From Enoplolaimus lenunculus (lineage: Eukaryota): a stretch of 64,000 nt of DNA. This document shows, in pieces, positions 27,503 to 39,542 of this stretch; the stretch's first letter is position 1, and the number at the start of each line of letters is the position of its first letter. The stretch is from the NCBI GenBank assembly GCA_030248215.1, contig JASANG010002574.1, forward strand, positions 310,001-374,000. The letters are read 5' to 3'. Both the position numbers and the translations under genes were made by a program. The notes under the pieces are model-generated. The model worked only from the letters and a program-made list of their open reading frames with translations. It was not told the DNA's origin and searched no databases.

Positions 27503-28927
27503 TTTTTTGAGCGAAGCTCGGAGTTTCGCGAAGCGTTTTATGTTTTGTACTTGGGGGTCGAAAGGTGGATGTCCGTCCGTCCGTCTGTCCGTCTGTCCGT
27601 CCGAAAACAATCTCAGGAGCGGCTGAACCGATTTTGATAAATGTTTGAAAGCCAATTATTCTGGGGTGTTAACCTCGCATTAGGGTTTTAAAATTTTAAG
27701 CCGTTTATTAGGTACAGGCTAATTTGCATAATTAATTTAGCCCAAATTAGGACTTTCCATAATATTTTACTAATTATTACAGTTAGAAGCAATCTAATTT
27801 TAGCATTAAAGGGTTTTTGGGTGAGAGGAATCTGCGTAGACTGTTTACAAACCTCCAAAACCGATAATTGAGCAGTTAGCTAATAGATAATTTGCATATT
27901 AGCATAGTTTATAAGCCTAAATTAGGACTTTTAACAATCTTTCACTAATTATTAAGGTTAAAAGCGATATAATTTCAGCACTAAAGGGTTTTTAGGTGCA
28001 AAGAATTTGAATAAATAGTTTACAAACATCCAAAACCGATAATTGAATAGTGATCTAATAACTAATTTGCATAATAGCTTAATTGACAAGACAAAACTAG
28101 GACTTTTTAAATTATTTCAATAATTTTTAGCGTTCACTGAAAGTTTTTGGGTGCGAGGAATCTGAATAAATTGTTTACAAACCTCCAAAACCGATAATTG
28201 AACAGTTAGCTAATAGTTAATTTGCATATTAGCTTAATTGACAAGACAAAATTAGGATTTTTTAAATTATTCCAAAAATTATAGGGTGGCTGAAGGGTTT
28301 TTGGGTGAGAGGAATCTGCGTAGACTGTTTACAAACCTCCAAAACCGATAATTGAGCAGTTAGCTAATAGATAATTTGCATATTAGCATAGTTTATAAGC
28401 CTAAATTAGGACTTTTTACAATATTTCACTAAATATTAAGGTTAAAAGCAATATAATTTCAGCACTAAAGGGTTTTTTGGTGCGAGGAATTTGAATAAAT
28501 AGTTTACAAACATCCAAAACCGATAATTGAATAGTTAGCTAATAGCTAATTTGCATATTAGCTTAATTGACAAGACAAAACTAGGACTTTTTAAATTATT
28601 TCAATAATTATTTGCGTTTACTGAAGGTTTTTGGGTGCGCAGAATCTGAATAAATTGTTTACAAACCTCCAAAACCGATAATTGAATAGTTAGCTGATAA
28701 CTAATTTGCATATTAGCTTAATTGACAAAACAAAATTAAAACTTTTTAAATTATTCCAAAAATTATTAGAGTGGCTGAAGGGTTTTTGGGTGCGAGGAAT
28801 TTGAATAGTTTACACACATCCAAAACCGATAATTGAATAGTTAGCTAATAGCTAATTTGCATATTAACTTAATTGCTTACGTGCGTTCGAGCTTCGCTCA
28901 ATAAATGTAGTCCCACTACGACTGGTT
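27503..28927 (+). mobile_element. DINE-1/HINE-type non-autonomous Helentron with internal tandem array
   Basis: 5' T-run; perfect 14-bp subterminal inverted repeats TTGAGCGAAGCTCG (27507-27520) and CGAGCTTCGCTCAA (28888-28901); 5' hairpin GCGAAGCTC-G-GAGTTTCGC; (GTCC/GTCT)n microsatellite ~27571-27603; 3' stem-loop GTAGT-CCC-ACTAC (28907-28919) followed by TT. Confidence 0.8.
27715..28875. repeat. Satellite-like array of 151-175 bp units with a 484-bp three-unit higher-order repeat
   Basis: CCAAAACCGATAATTG recurs at 27855, 28030, 28185, 28339, 28514, 28669 and 28820. Confidence 0.9.
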
Positions 28928-30539
28928 ATATATACATACCGTTACTCGCTTGATCAACCTTAACAATTAAAAATATGAAAAATATGTTACACTTCACAAG
29001 TAGTAACTATATTGTTAGGCAAGAAAAAATTCCTGCAAAGTCGGTAGACGGACAAAGAAAAACAAACCAAAATTTCAGGCATAAATCGTTAACATTTGAA
29101 CGCTCAATTTCGTATTTGAAAATTTTTGTGCAAAATTCAAAATTTTAAAATTTTAGCAAAATTTCAAGGTTGTAAAAACGTGTCTAATTTGTTATTTAAT
29201 TCGAGCAGAAAATCAAAAAGAACCAACCGTCTTGGTGGCGGTGTTTTATAGCGTTGAGTAGAAATATATCGTGGCAATAAATATCTATGCAACAGTTTGT
29301 TTGCTTAAAGGAAACCTATTAAATCAATTACAAAAAAAACTTACTGAAAATGACCCTTTATATGCTATCGAACTTAAAATCAACGTTTTGGGCCTGAGAG
29401 GTAAGCAAACCCTTGGCGGAACAGCTTGTCTTTGAAATTGTCAATTGTTTACAGCTGTACGTAATTGTCTTTTTACCCTGGGTACAATTTGCAAGCATTG
29501 TTGGTTAATAAGAATTGGGAAAAAATTTAATACAAGCGTGTTGTGAGGGAACTATGCAGGTAATATATATTTATATATATATAAATATATAAATATATGT
29601 CATATATATTTGACGGAATAGGAACAAGAAAACATTCGTATCGAAATAACAATTTTTCAAAATTTAACTTTCAAACATGTACATGATCAGGAATAATTTG
29701 CCTGCAAAACCGTCAAAATTTCGGTTCCTATATCTTTGAATGCGCGGAACAGGAACAGGTACAGGAATTGAAATTTTTGCAGGAATTCCGGTATTCCAGT
29801 TTATCCTTGCATTATATATATTCTTAGAGCTTACATTGGTATATTAAGACGAATTGAAAATTTTTTGCGCCTTTGTCGAATAATTGGTCAAAGTTAATAA
29901 AATATCGAAAAAAATTGCTAAAAACACGCTTTAAAACTATAAAATTTGGCACACAAAAAGTACCCTGTTGTACCACAACGTCCAGCATTTGCCACTGTTA
30001 TAAATTTCGTCTCAAACTTTATATTTGCACCAATGGTGAACTGGTTTCATCGAGACATGGCTACAGGCAACAGAAACCTAATTTTAAAATATATTTCATC
30101 TACGAAACCGTTTAAATTATAAAATGAGTTCGATGAGACCAATTTTAAATTGTTTAGAATTATAATTTTGAACTTTCTAATATGTGTAAAAAGCCTGAGG
30201 TGTTTGCGTAAAATTGAATAAATACAAAATGAAAAATATTTCAAATATCGTTTGTATTAATTGTGCGAAGGCCATAACTTAAATTTCACCCAGTTAACAA
30301 TAATATACATTGAGTTGAAAATGTCACAGTTTACACAAAATTTTAGCATTTTTAATATAGTTAAAGGCTTAAAACACAATCAGTTTTCAAATCAGCGGCG
30401 ATTTCTGACGGCGGTCGGGCTGTCGAAAGTTATGAAACGCAATTTTTACTGTATGTAATATATGTGCCAATTTTTGAGTGTAAAACTTTTAACGAAGGCG
30501 TACGTCCTCCAGACCCCCTGCTAGTGGTTCAACTGTATT

Positions 30540-30790
30540 CACTATAAATTCCAGTGAGCTGATTTTAACTCAGAATGAGTTGAATCCAGTCATAAGCCTG
30601 AGCTCTGACTTAGGTCCTTCTGAACTCAGAATTCTGAACTGATTGAACTCATTCTAAGTTAACTAATCAGCTCTTCGGGAATTAAATCAGCTCAGAGTGA
30701 GTTGATATCCACAGTTATTAACTCAGAAGTAACCACAAATACCTACTTCTCTCACTGAGTTGATTAATAAACTCATTGCAATTTACAGTG
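30540..30790. mobile_element. CACTG MITE family 2 (AACTC/GAGTT-rich)
   Basis: CACT[A/G]TAAATT ... AATTTACAGTG, 2-bp TSD TT; other copies at ~122-500, 50626-50881, 56895-57363, 57795-58049. Confidence 0.7.
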
Positions 30791-31183
30791 TTTGATAATG
30801 AACAACTGTTTGCTGCGAACGTTATGATAACCAAGATATTTCCCTACACAGGGGGCATAGTCAGGATTTCATTTCAGGAGGGTGTAGACCTCATTTAAAG
30901 GTTGGTTTCAAGCAAGGGGAGCAATCAACGAAAATTTTTGATCTATTTTTTTCCGGTTTCACAAAAAATGTCGAAAGAAATATCGTCTAATTACTCCTAA
31001 CCTCGTGGTCCTACACGAATCAAGATTGCTATTATTCAGCAAACTATATTAATAAAATCAGATACCAACGGTTTGAAAGAATGCGCGTACGAAACCGTAT
31101 AAAGATTAAACTAAAACTCTTTTTAGCAGCGTAAAAATATGAGAAAATTGTCAATTCTGTTCGTAATATTTGATCGCCGCATT

Positions 31184-31386
31184 GGCTCATGTATAGAACA
31201 GGGTCGGAACGTTTTCCTGCGGAGGTGTAATAGAGTCGGTTTAAGCTTTAGACTAAATTTTTTGCTTAGGCTTAGGCTTCGGTTTGGCAATAGGCTCATC
31301 ATTACGCTTAGACTTTGGTTTAGGTTTAGGCATAGGCTTAGGAGCATGCTTATACTGCTGTTCCGGCCCTGTTCTATACATGGGCC
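31184..31386. mobile_element. TTAGGC-bearing MITE, subfamily A
   Basis: TIRs; TSD GCCGCATT/GCTGTATT. Confidence 0.75.
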
Positions 31387-32645
31387 GCTGTATTGGTATG
31401 AAAATTTTGGAAATATATTTTTTCATATATTCTTGCTGCTGATTTTTTTCATATTTTAAACATAAAATATTGTAAATTTTTTGAATTTAAATTGTAATAC
31501 TCAAACAGGTGGAATTGATTTCATAATTTTAAATTTTCATTCGTCGTCGACGTCAACGTTAAAATTCGGGCTATTATATCGGGTCAACAGATAAAACTCG
31601 AATGTCATATGGCATTAGCTTACAAACCACTGCTCTCAAACGATCAATGTGTACAAGAGACAGTATGTCACGTGACACTGTGGGACATTTATGCGAATAT
31701 CATATGATATTCCAAAATTTCAACGAATATCATAGGATATTCAGCGGGACAGTGTAAACTTTTGGTACTAATAACTGAATAGAAATTTGAACGGCAGAGG
31801 CAGAAATGTGCTTTATATAACAAATACAAGCCTGTAAATAGTTTCCAACACAAAATCGTTTAGAATCACTGCTTTCAAAATTCAAAAATTCAAATTCCAA
31901 ATTCTAGTATATGATATTTAACAGGACAATTTGGGTATACTACCTCAAGTATGCAGACATTTGAAAATGTATCATATGATATTCGCAGACAATACCTCGA
32001 ATATCATATAATATTGAAGAACAAAAGGTGACCCACACATGTCAATAGTTAACAAATACGAATTTTTGAATACGATACAGGGTCTAGAAGCAGAAAAAGT
32101 GTTACCCAATATTCTAATAGGGACAAAACGTGTCCCAAGCTGCCCCGATTATAACGTGAACCCCGCATAAACCGTAAACCAACTAGTCTATAAGTCCTCC
32201 AATCTCTCTATTTACCGTTGCCAGGACCATAAAATTTACCTTGGTCGCTGTAGCAATAATAGCCTTATTGTAGGAAAAAGATTAAAAATGTTGCTCTTGT
32301 TTAAAAGAACCAGTTCGCACCAGGTAATTTGTCAAACACCGCAAATTGGCAATATTAACCTAAACCAAGTACCAGTATATGTACTTTAAAAAGCCAAACG
32401 ATTTCGCTATGTGAACCAAAAAAATGAACAGTACTAAGCATGAATAGCTTGCAAACGGTACGACGTTGCGTGTAACATAATTTGGCTTAAAAAATCTTGA
32501 CTTTCAATAGCCTTAACTACACACAACAAAGTATTTCTGAATTTTTATTCAAAAACAATTATCTGTGAGAAAACAGAAAAGTTTTTCTTATATTTAAAAC
32601 AAATTTTTCTCAAAATAGCTAAAAAATGTCTGCGTATTTCCTTAA

Positions 32646-32924
32646 AGCCCTATTCAGACGTGCTGCAAGTTTTTGCTGCGAGAACTTGCAGCTGCAAAAG
32701 TGCACACAGAACTTGCAATTTTTCATCATCCAATGAGAAAGCTGATGCAATAAATTCAGTGAACTTGCATGGTTATTCACGCATGTGAACTAATTTTTTA
32801 ACTATGATTTTCAATGAATTATTTGCATCTGCAAGTTTTTCGAATGGAATTTTGGACAAAACTTGCAAGTGAAAGTTACAGCTCAAGTTCTCGCAATCAA
32901 AAACTTGCACGTGTGAATAGGGCT
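32646..32924. mobile_element. PIF/Harbinger-type MITE, opposite orientation
   Basis: TAA|AGCCCTATTC ... GAATAGGGCT|TAA; fragments at ~48211-48380 and ~54380-54540. Confidence 0.75.
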
Positions 32925-33091
32925 TAATGCGACAATGATTTTCAGACTTTATTTCAAAACTTTTCCGAAAAAGTTTTTCTGTTAATTATAACAGATATGT
33001 TTTTCAAGTGCACCATTCCAAATCATATTTCTTAAATGAACAAAATTTTTTATTAAAATTCAGAAATATTATTTTGCGTGTATAGCGAGCT

Positions 33092-33260
33092 CAGGCCCGA
33101 AGCCAAAGCTCAACATGCTTGGAGCGGGATGACAGTTTTCAGGAAGGGCATGCAAGGGTATTAGATGACTTGTATACACAAGCAAGGTTTACTAACCTGG
33201 GGGGGCAAAATTATCTAGGGAGACTGAGCCCCCTCAGACCAGCCTTTTGCTACGGGCCTA
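33092..33260. mobile_element. Short hAT-like MITE (CAGGCCCGTAGCC ... GGCTACGGGCCTG family)
   Basis: Diverged TIRs; related copies share GCAAGGTTGAAAATTTT and CCAGCTCACCTTGCT (e.g. ~3340-3530, 10960-11100, 26030-26430, 53309-53460). Confidence 0.5.
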
Positions 33261-33476
33261 TGTATGAAGTAATACAATACGCCATTCACACTTTAGCTGA
33301 ATAGGTACAGCCTTATTCTATACATTGGTCAAATAGGCAACAACGTTTTCAATCTGTTTAGGTTCAATATATTTGCGGTTGACACCAAAAATACCGACTA
33401 CCATAAATGCAAGTTGTCATTTTTTGCTTTGACCTTGTCAAAATAAAACTTTATACAAATAAACAAAAAATAACAA

Positions 33477-33762
33477 GGGTTACGTTATACTTTTCGTCCA
33501 AGTGCCGTATGTCACTCGTACGGCGCCGTCCGTCACCGTGCATCACCCGTACGGTGCCATCGGTCACCGTGCGTCATCCGTACGGCGACGTCGGCCACCG
33601 TCCGTCACCCGTACGGCCCCGTCCGTCGCCGTGCCGTCTATTAACGTGCGTCACCGCACGGTGCCGTCCGTCGCCGTGCGTCACCCACGGCACCGTGCGG
33701 TGACGCACGTTAATAGACGGCACCGGGCGGCGCCGGACATCATCAAAAGTATAGCGCAACCC
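33477..33762. mobile_element. PIF/Harbinger-type MITE with CpG-rich CCGT/ACGG body
   Basis: GGGTT[A/G]CG[T/C]TATACTTTT TIR; CAA/TAA flanks. Confidence 0.7.
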
Positions 33763-34224
33763 TAACAGACAGTAGGAATGTTTTATGGTTCCAGTATCGG
33801 ATATTTTGTTGGAAAATTTTTTGTACAGAAATATTGTCTAAATCGAATATTGTGAATTTTGAAAAATGTTGATAAATTACACAAATATTCAAGACAGTTA
33901 AGTATACAAAGGTGAGCGTTTATGTCGGCATGTTTGTTCCATCCGGAACCAGTATCAAAGTAATTAACCAGTTCTGAAAATCGTATAATATGTTTGACAA
34001 AATAAAGTTATTTAAACGGATATTGATCAAAATAACGGAAACTGAAAACGGATATTGAAGTATAAAAGTAATCAAAGATGTTTAAATTTTTCAGTCAACA
34101 GTTTTGTTTAAAGAAAAAATGACGGCTGCACCGTAAATTTTAAAGAGTTTTAGATGAATTTCATAATTTTTATCTCATTTCAAACAATCGTAGCATATCT
34201 GAAAAATTTCGAGATATATGCGTA

Positions 34225-34678
34225 TCGTAGTGACCCGAATAAACAGGGAGATGATAAGAGGATGTCCCCTTTTTGAGTTCCAATCAACTGGAGTCAGCAT
34301 TCCTAATAAGAATCCGTAAGCGGATAGAGTCCCTAAACCCTCCTAATTAGAGTCCGTAAATGCCAACCATCCCTAATTACAGTGCATAAACCACTTCAGT
34401 ACCAGATAAAGATTAGGTTAAAACTTTAACTCATTCTTAAGTTTTGATATCACATTCCAAAGTATAACCTAGCTTTATCGCTCAAGGTTTTGATACAAGA
34501 CAAACAAACGTTTTAATTGAACGGATAATTGCAATACAAAATATATATCAGTAATAAAGCTCGCTCGGCGGAGAACGGGTTAAAAATAAATAACAGTCCG
34601 TAACCGAATAACAAGGTGAGGGACGTTCTAGGGAGGCCAAATAAATATCAGTTCCACCCTCTATTCAGGTCACTACAG
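34225..34678. mobile_element. Tc1/mariner-type MITE (TIR CTGTAGTGACCCGAATA, TA target)
   Basis: Both TIRs present; other copies at 22756-23148, 20962-21140 plus 21860-22252, and 13337-13440. Confidence 0.7.
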
Positions 34679-34813
34679 AACGTTGCTTATAACTAATTTT
34701 AACCTTAAACTAACCGAATTTCCGGTATTTTTATAACGAAAACAGAAACGGATATCCGGTTACATCCTGGCGATTTTGCTTCTAATCATAATGCAGCTTT
34801 CTTAAACAGTCTT

Positions 34814-34981
34814 GGCCCATGTAAAGATGAAGTGTGGACCGTTTTCTGTGGGACTAGACTAGAGAAAGCTTAAGTTTTAGCCTATTTCTTGCTTGGTTTG
34901 GGTTAGGCTTAGGCTTAGGCTTATGCATATTCTTAGGAATATGCTTATAATACTGTTCCGCCCCGGTTCTTTACCTTAGCC
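34814..34981. mobile_element. TTAGGC-bearing MITE, subfamily A'
   Basis: TSD ACAGTCTT/ACAGTCTC. Confidence 0.75.
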
Positions 34982-35027
34982 ACAGTCTCTATGTTTAAAG
35001 ATAGTAAACTGAAAATTTTTCGCTTAA

Positions 35028-35295
35028 CCCTTTCTCACATGAATATTTTCTATTTCCCCTGAGACCTACTTTTATGCAAGGATTCGAACTCCAGTGACTG
35101 GAGTGGGAGGCGTATACCATCGCTACTCAGCTATAGGAGCTTGACGCTCGAGCCCGAGGGGGCTCTCACGTCTTGTGGTGATTTAGTACTTTGTATACGT
35201 GTTGCAATTGTTAAACACTGTGCGATATATATTATTGAGCGAAGATACAATACACTGCGCTGAGTTGCCTGTAGGCAACTCAATGTGAGAAGGGG
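35028..35295. mobile_element. piggyBac-type (TTAA) MITE with internal tRNA-Gly-like segment
   Basis: TTAA|CCCTTTCTCACAT ... ATGTGAGAAGGGG|TTAA; minus-strand A box TAGCTGAGTAG and B box GAGTTCGAATCC at ~35075-35140. Confidence 0.7.
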
Positions 35296-35591
35296 TTAAC
35301 CGGTGCATCATTTTGTTCGGATATATGCCATTGAACAGCAATGTATCCATATGCTGGAACCGTAACGACAGATAAGTTTTACCAGCAATAGCTTTTATTC
35401 CCCATTGTTAGGTTAGTCATTTTATGCAAATTTCTCGCTTGCTTTATCTGGTTAAGTCTTTACGTGAATAATGTTATCGTAGGTTTCGGCGTATTTTTGG
35501 ATCTAAAATGATGAACGTAAGTGAAACTCAGTTTAATTTTTAAATTTAATCTTTGTTCATTTTGGTAAATTATACTACAATGATCGCCAGT

Positions 35592-36030
35592 CAGGGTGCA
35601 ACCGAAATTATAAAATACCGGAGCCGGAACCGGAAAGTGAAAAAATACCGGAACCGGAACTGGAGCCGCAACCGGAAAACGAAAAATACTTGTTGCCGAA
35701 ACATTCATTTTAAACGCTTCTTGATCGATTTTAATGGTGTAAACACGCCGTTTAGAATGCCAAAATCCTAAAACAAATGCAGTAGCTGGAGACGTATGAT
35801 AAATTATGGAGTACGACGCAAATTGAAAATTTTGGCAATACATGTTTAAACAATTTTAGAAAAACAACTCCGGATTATGCTAATTTTTGTTAAATTTTCG
35901 AAAGAGAAAAATGTACAATACCGAAAATAACCGGAAAATTCCGGTGAACAAATACCGGATTTGTTACCGGAACCGGATTGTTAAAAATACCGGAATTCCC
36001 TACCGGAACCGGAATTTTGGTTGTACCCTG
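35592..36030. mobile_element. hAT-type MITE (TIR CAGGGT[G/A]CAACC) with subterminal ACCGGA repeats
   Basis: Exact 8-bp TSD TCGCCAGT. Confidence 0.85.
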
Positions 36031-36304
36031 TCGCCAGTCGCAGTTTTGACCTGAACCATAAACCGATCACTTCGCTGACGAGTTAAAAATTCCATAACCC
36101 CCCGGTTTTTGTGTCGCTACACGCACCACAGAGGGTCGCCCCTGTACGCCATTCAGGGCGTCTTCCAAAAAGGCCATATGAAGCCATATAATATCTACAT
36201 CGAAAAATATTCTTTACGATAAGTTAAAACCTGTAAAAAATGAATTTTCTCAAAATTTAAGCGGTACTTGCTATAGTTGGAACATTTTGCCGCATAGAGG
36301 ATTC

Positions 36305-36497
36305 GGCCAGTGTTACGTTTAAGTGCGTAACAGTAGATTAAACGTATTCCTAAGCCTAAACCTAAGCCTAAGCGTTTTAAAAATGTGTTCGTAAGCCTAA
36401 GCCAAAGCCTAAGCGAAACAATGTAATCTAGAATCTAAACCTACTCTTTTATAGACCCATCAGTCACTGGGACGCCCCTGAAACTACTACATGGACC
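36305..36497. mobile_element. TTAGGC-bearing MITE, subfamily B
   Basis: Diverged TIRs, TSD GAGGATTC/GAGTAGTC. Confidence 0.65.
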
Positions 36498-37240
36498 GAG
36501 TAGTCTATGATCTAATAAAGCGGACACTGTGTCCACCATCAACGGAAACTTTGAACAATTTCATGATGCTTTCGGTAACGGGCATTGAGTTACTTGAACT
36601 GGTTTCATTTTGAGTCAAACAACGATTTACAATATTGATCATACACCGTTTTGAGCAGATTGGTGCTCCGACTGCGGGTATGAAACGCAATTTTAACTGT
36701 ATTCTACATGTGTGCCAATTACCTGAGGTGGCACAATTGCAATATTGACCTTGCCATTTGCTCACAAAACATTTTCAGACCAGGGTGCGTACACCCCTCC
36801 CCCCAACAATCTCTTTCTGTATTCGCTAGTGCGGACAAGCTAAACACAAACCATACTTAATAAGCTCTTGTTCGCTTTTCCGCAACATTTAAAGTTAACG
36901 CTTAGGCTTAGGCTTAAGAATACGTTTTGCCAAGACTTAGTCTATCAGTCTAGAACAAGTCTTTTCTTTAACTTTAGCGTAAGCCTAAGCGTAAATATGG
37001 CAAAAGTTTACGTCGTTTATGCTTAAGCTTTCGCTAAGGTTTAAGATTATAAGCATATTCCTAAGCGTTAGCCTAAGCCTATTCCAAGCAAAAAAATAGT
37101 CTAAAGCTTAAGCTTACTCGTTTCTAGTCCCACAGAAAAACGTTCCGCCCCTGACGTTTACAAAGGCCGGTTTAAGAAAAGACTTGCTGGCCTGGTTCAT
37201 TGCTGCCGAAGCTTATTTATATGCTTTTTAACGGTTTCAG

Positions 37241-37462
37241 GTGCAAATACACGTGTTATTGCTCGTATTTGTCACTTCCGAATGGCGAATAGTTCGTTCA
37301 ATGCAACCGGTAAACGCAATGCCGACAATCGTTGACCCTGGCACAGAACGACGCCAGTCGCCGCTGCCGCAATTGATAAACAATACTCAAATTCGATGTC
37401 CAAAAGCGTTTAATGTTTTAATTTTACTCGACGCTTCGATACAAATGAACAAATTTGATATG
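37241..37462 (+). CDS. VWA-domain protein, exon A (hydrophobic signal-like segment plus VWA beta-1)
   Basis: TTTCAG|GTG acceptor, ATG|GTGCGT donor, 222 bp, phase 0/0; VQIHVLLLVFVTS...RCPKAFNVLILLDASIQMNKFDM matches the C-x(3-4)-[DN]hhhhhDxS start of a VWA domain. Confidence 0.8.
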
Positions 37463-37580
37463 GTGCGTTTTAAAAAAATGTGTTCAATATTGAAATGTTA
37501 TGAGAATTGCTCAAAAACCGCAAAAAAATCAGCAATTTGTTTATTTGGAAACTTTCCAAAAAATAAATTGCTGATTTTTT

Positions 37581-37770
37581 GGCTTATGGAAAGATCAGGG
37601 GCGGAACGTTTTTCTGTGGAACTGGAAAAGAGTAAGCGTATGCTTAAGACTGATTTTTTGCTTGGCGTAGGTTTAGGCTTAGGAATATGCTCATTCTTAC
37701 GCTTAGGTTTAAGGTTAGACTTAGGAATATACTTATAATACTGTTCCGCCCCTGTTCTTTACATTGGGCC
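37581..37770. mobile_element. TTAGGC-bearing MITE, subfamily A' (intron of the VWA gene)
   Basis: Family TIRs and body; explains the LGLG tail of ORF 37241-37738. Further copies at ~673-850, 21457-21639, 36890-37168, 38166-38334, 42085-42265, 43470-43582, 46394-46662, 49162-49410, 52650-52872, 55753-55928, 56269-56465. Confidence 0.7.
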
Positions 37771-38612
37771 CATATAATCACCAGGTTCAAATCAACAGTA
37801 CGAAATTCTATCTAGAATTTGTTCATTTCACTGAAAGTGGCTTACGTTCAAAGATGCTTGTGCTAGGTAGTACTAGCATATATAACGACTGCCAACCTTT
37901 ATTTAAAAAACAATTGTCTGCCAGAAAACTGAAAGTTTTTGTTAAATTTAAACCTTAATTTTTCTCAAAATAGCTGGAAAAAGTCTACTTTTATCTTAAT
38001 GCAACAATGATTTTCAGACTTTATTTCAAGACTTTTCCGTGTAAAATTCAGCCAGTTTCCCCCTGTTCTTTACATTGGCCATTCTTTACGTTTTAAAAAA
38101 TGGCTTTGAAATGGATGGTATATACTTTGCACAAGAATAATAATTAAAAAAACAGAGCTATTCTGTGACCAATGTATAAAACAGGGCCGTAATCGTACTA
38201 AAAGTGCATTTTTCTAAGCCTATGCCGAAGCATAAAAATGAGCTTATACCTAAGCATAAAACAAAAATAATCTCAAGCTTTAGCTTATTGCAGTCCCACA
38301 GAAAAACGTTTCGCTTCTGATCTTTACATGATCCGCTGTCGTCAACGTGAAATAAATATTGACATTGTGTCAAATTTTTTTATATTTATACAAAATTGCT
38401 ATCGAAGAATGACCACAGTTTTTAAAATTCAAATATATAAATTTGGATACTAACCTTAGTCCAGTCAACGCATCAAATTAGCGTTGACCTAATATTTGAG
38501 GCACAATCAACTACTATCAACTGTGTATAAAATTAAAATAAGTTGATTCATATACGTATCTTGTAGTACCAAACTCACGGTATGTAAAGCCATTGTAGCG
38601 AAAACCTTGAAT

Positions 38613-38685
38613 GGCTGCGTAGCTCAGTGGTTATAGCAACGGACCGGTAATCCGTCCGTTGTGGGTTCGAGTCCCACCGCATCCG
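38613..38685 (+). tRNA. tRNA-Thr(GGT)-like sequence, probably a pseudogene or SINE head
   Basis: Cloverleaf: acceptor GGCTGCG/CGCATCC (1 mismatch), A box TAGCTCAGTGG, anticodon stem ACGGA/TCCGT, loop CCGGTAA, T-arm GTGGG-TTCGAGT-CCCAC. C33 instead of U33 and no T-run terminator close downstream. Confidence 0.6.
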
Positions 38686-39036
38686 CAACAAAATCGGTGC
38701 TGCTTAACCGTCTCAAATTAAACTTCTAGCAACGTTCCGTTCTTCAGCCGAGATGCAATGAAAGTAGACTTTGTGGTTGATTAATTTTTTGTTAGGCTTA
38801 AAACTTAGTATTAGAAATATCGTTACGCCGGCCCATGTATTATGAAGGCGGGGCCAATTTCCCGGGACAGACATATACCCGGAGTGCACACTTATGCGCT
38901 CCTGTTTACATATGCACAGGCAGATATATTTACGTAGGATATATATGCATATATATATATACATATATATAATATATAATATATATAATATACATATATA
39001 TAATATATAATATATAATATACACATATATATATGA

Positions 39037-39542
39037 ACTGTCCCATCTGTCTCATCTGTCCCAACTGTCCCAACTGTCCCATCTGTCCCATCTGTCCCGT
39101 TTGTCCCAACTGTCCCATCTGTCCCAACCGTCTCATTTGTCCCAAGTGTCCCAACTGTCCTATCTGTTCCAACTGTCCCATCTGTCCATCTGTTCCAACG
39201 GTCCATCTGTCCCAACTGTCTCATCTGTCCCAACTGTCCCATCTGTCCCATCTGTCCCAACGGTCTCAACTGTCCCAACGGTCCCAACTGTCCCAACTGT
39301 CCAAACTGTCCCATCTGTCCAAACTGTCCCATCTGTCCAAACTGTCCCATCTGTCCCATCTGTCCCATCTGCCCCGCTGTCCCATCTGCCCCGCTGTCCC
39401 ATCTGCCCCGCTGTCCCATCTGCCCCGCTGTCCCATCTGTCCCGATTGTCCCAACTGTCCCGACTGTCCCATCTGTCCCAACTGTCCCAACTGGCCCATC
39501 TGTCCCACTTTCTTATCTGTCCCAACTGTCCCGCTGTCCCAA
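39037..39542. repeat. 9-bp minisatellite (CTGTCCCA[A/T])n
   Basis: Tandem repeat seen directly; source of the many overlapping ORFs at 38892-39689. Confidence 0.9.

Noticed and set aside
36505..36765. 86-aa minus-strand ORF
   Set aside because: Shares TATGAAACGCAATTTT.ACTGTAT...TGTGCCAATT with ~30430-30472, so it is a dispersed repeat.
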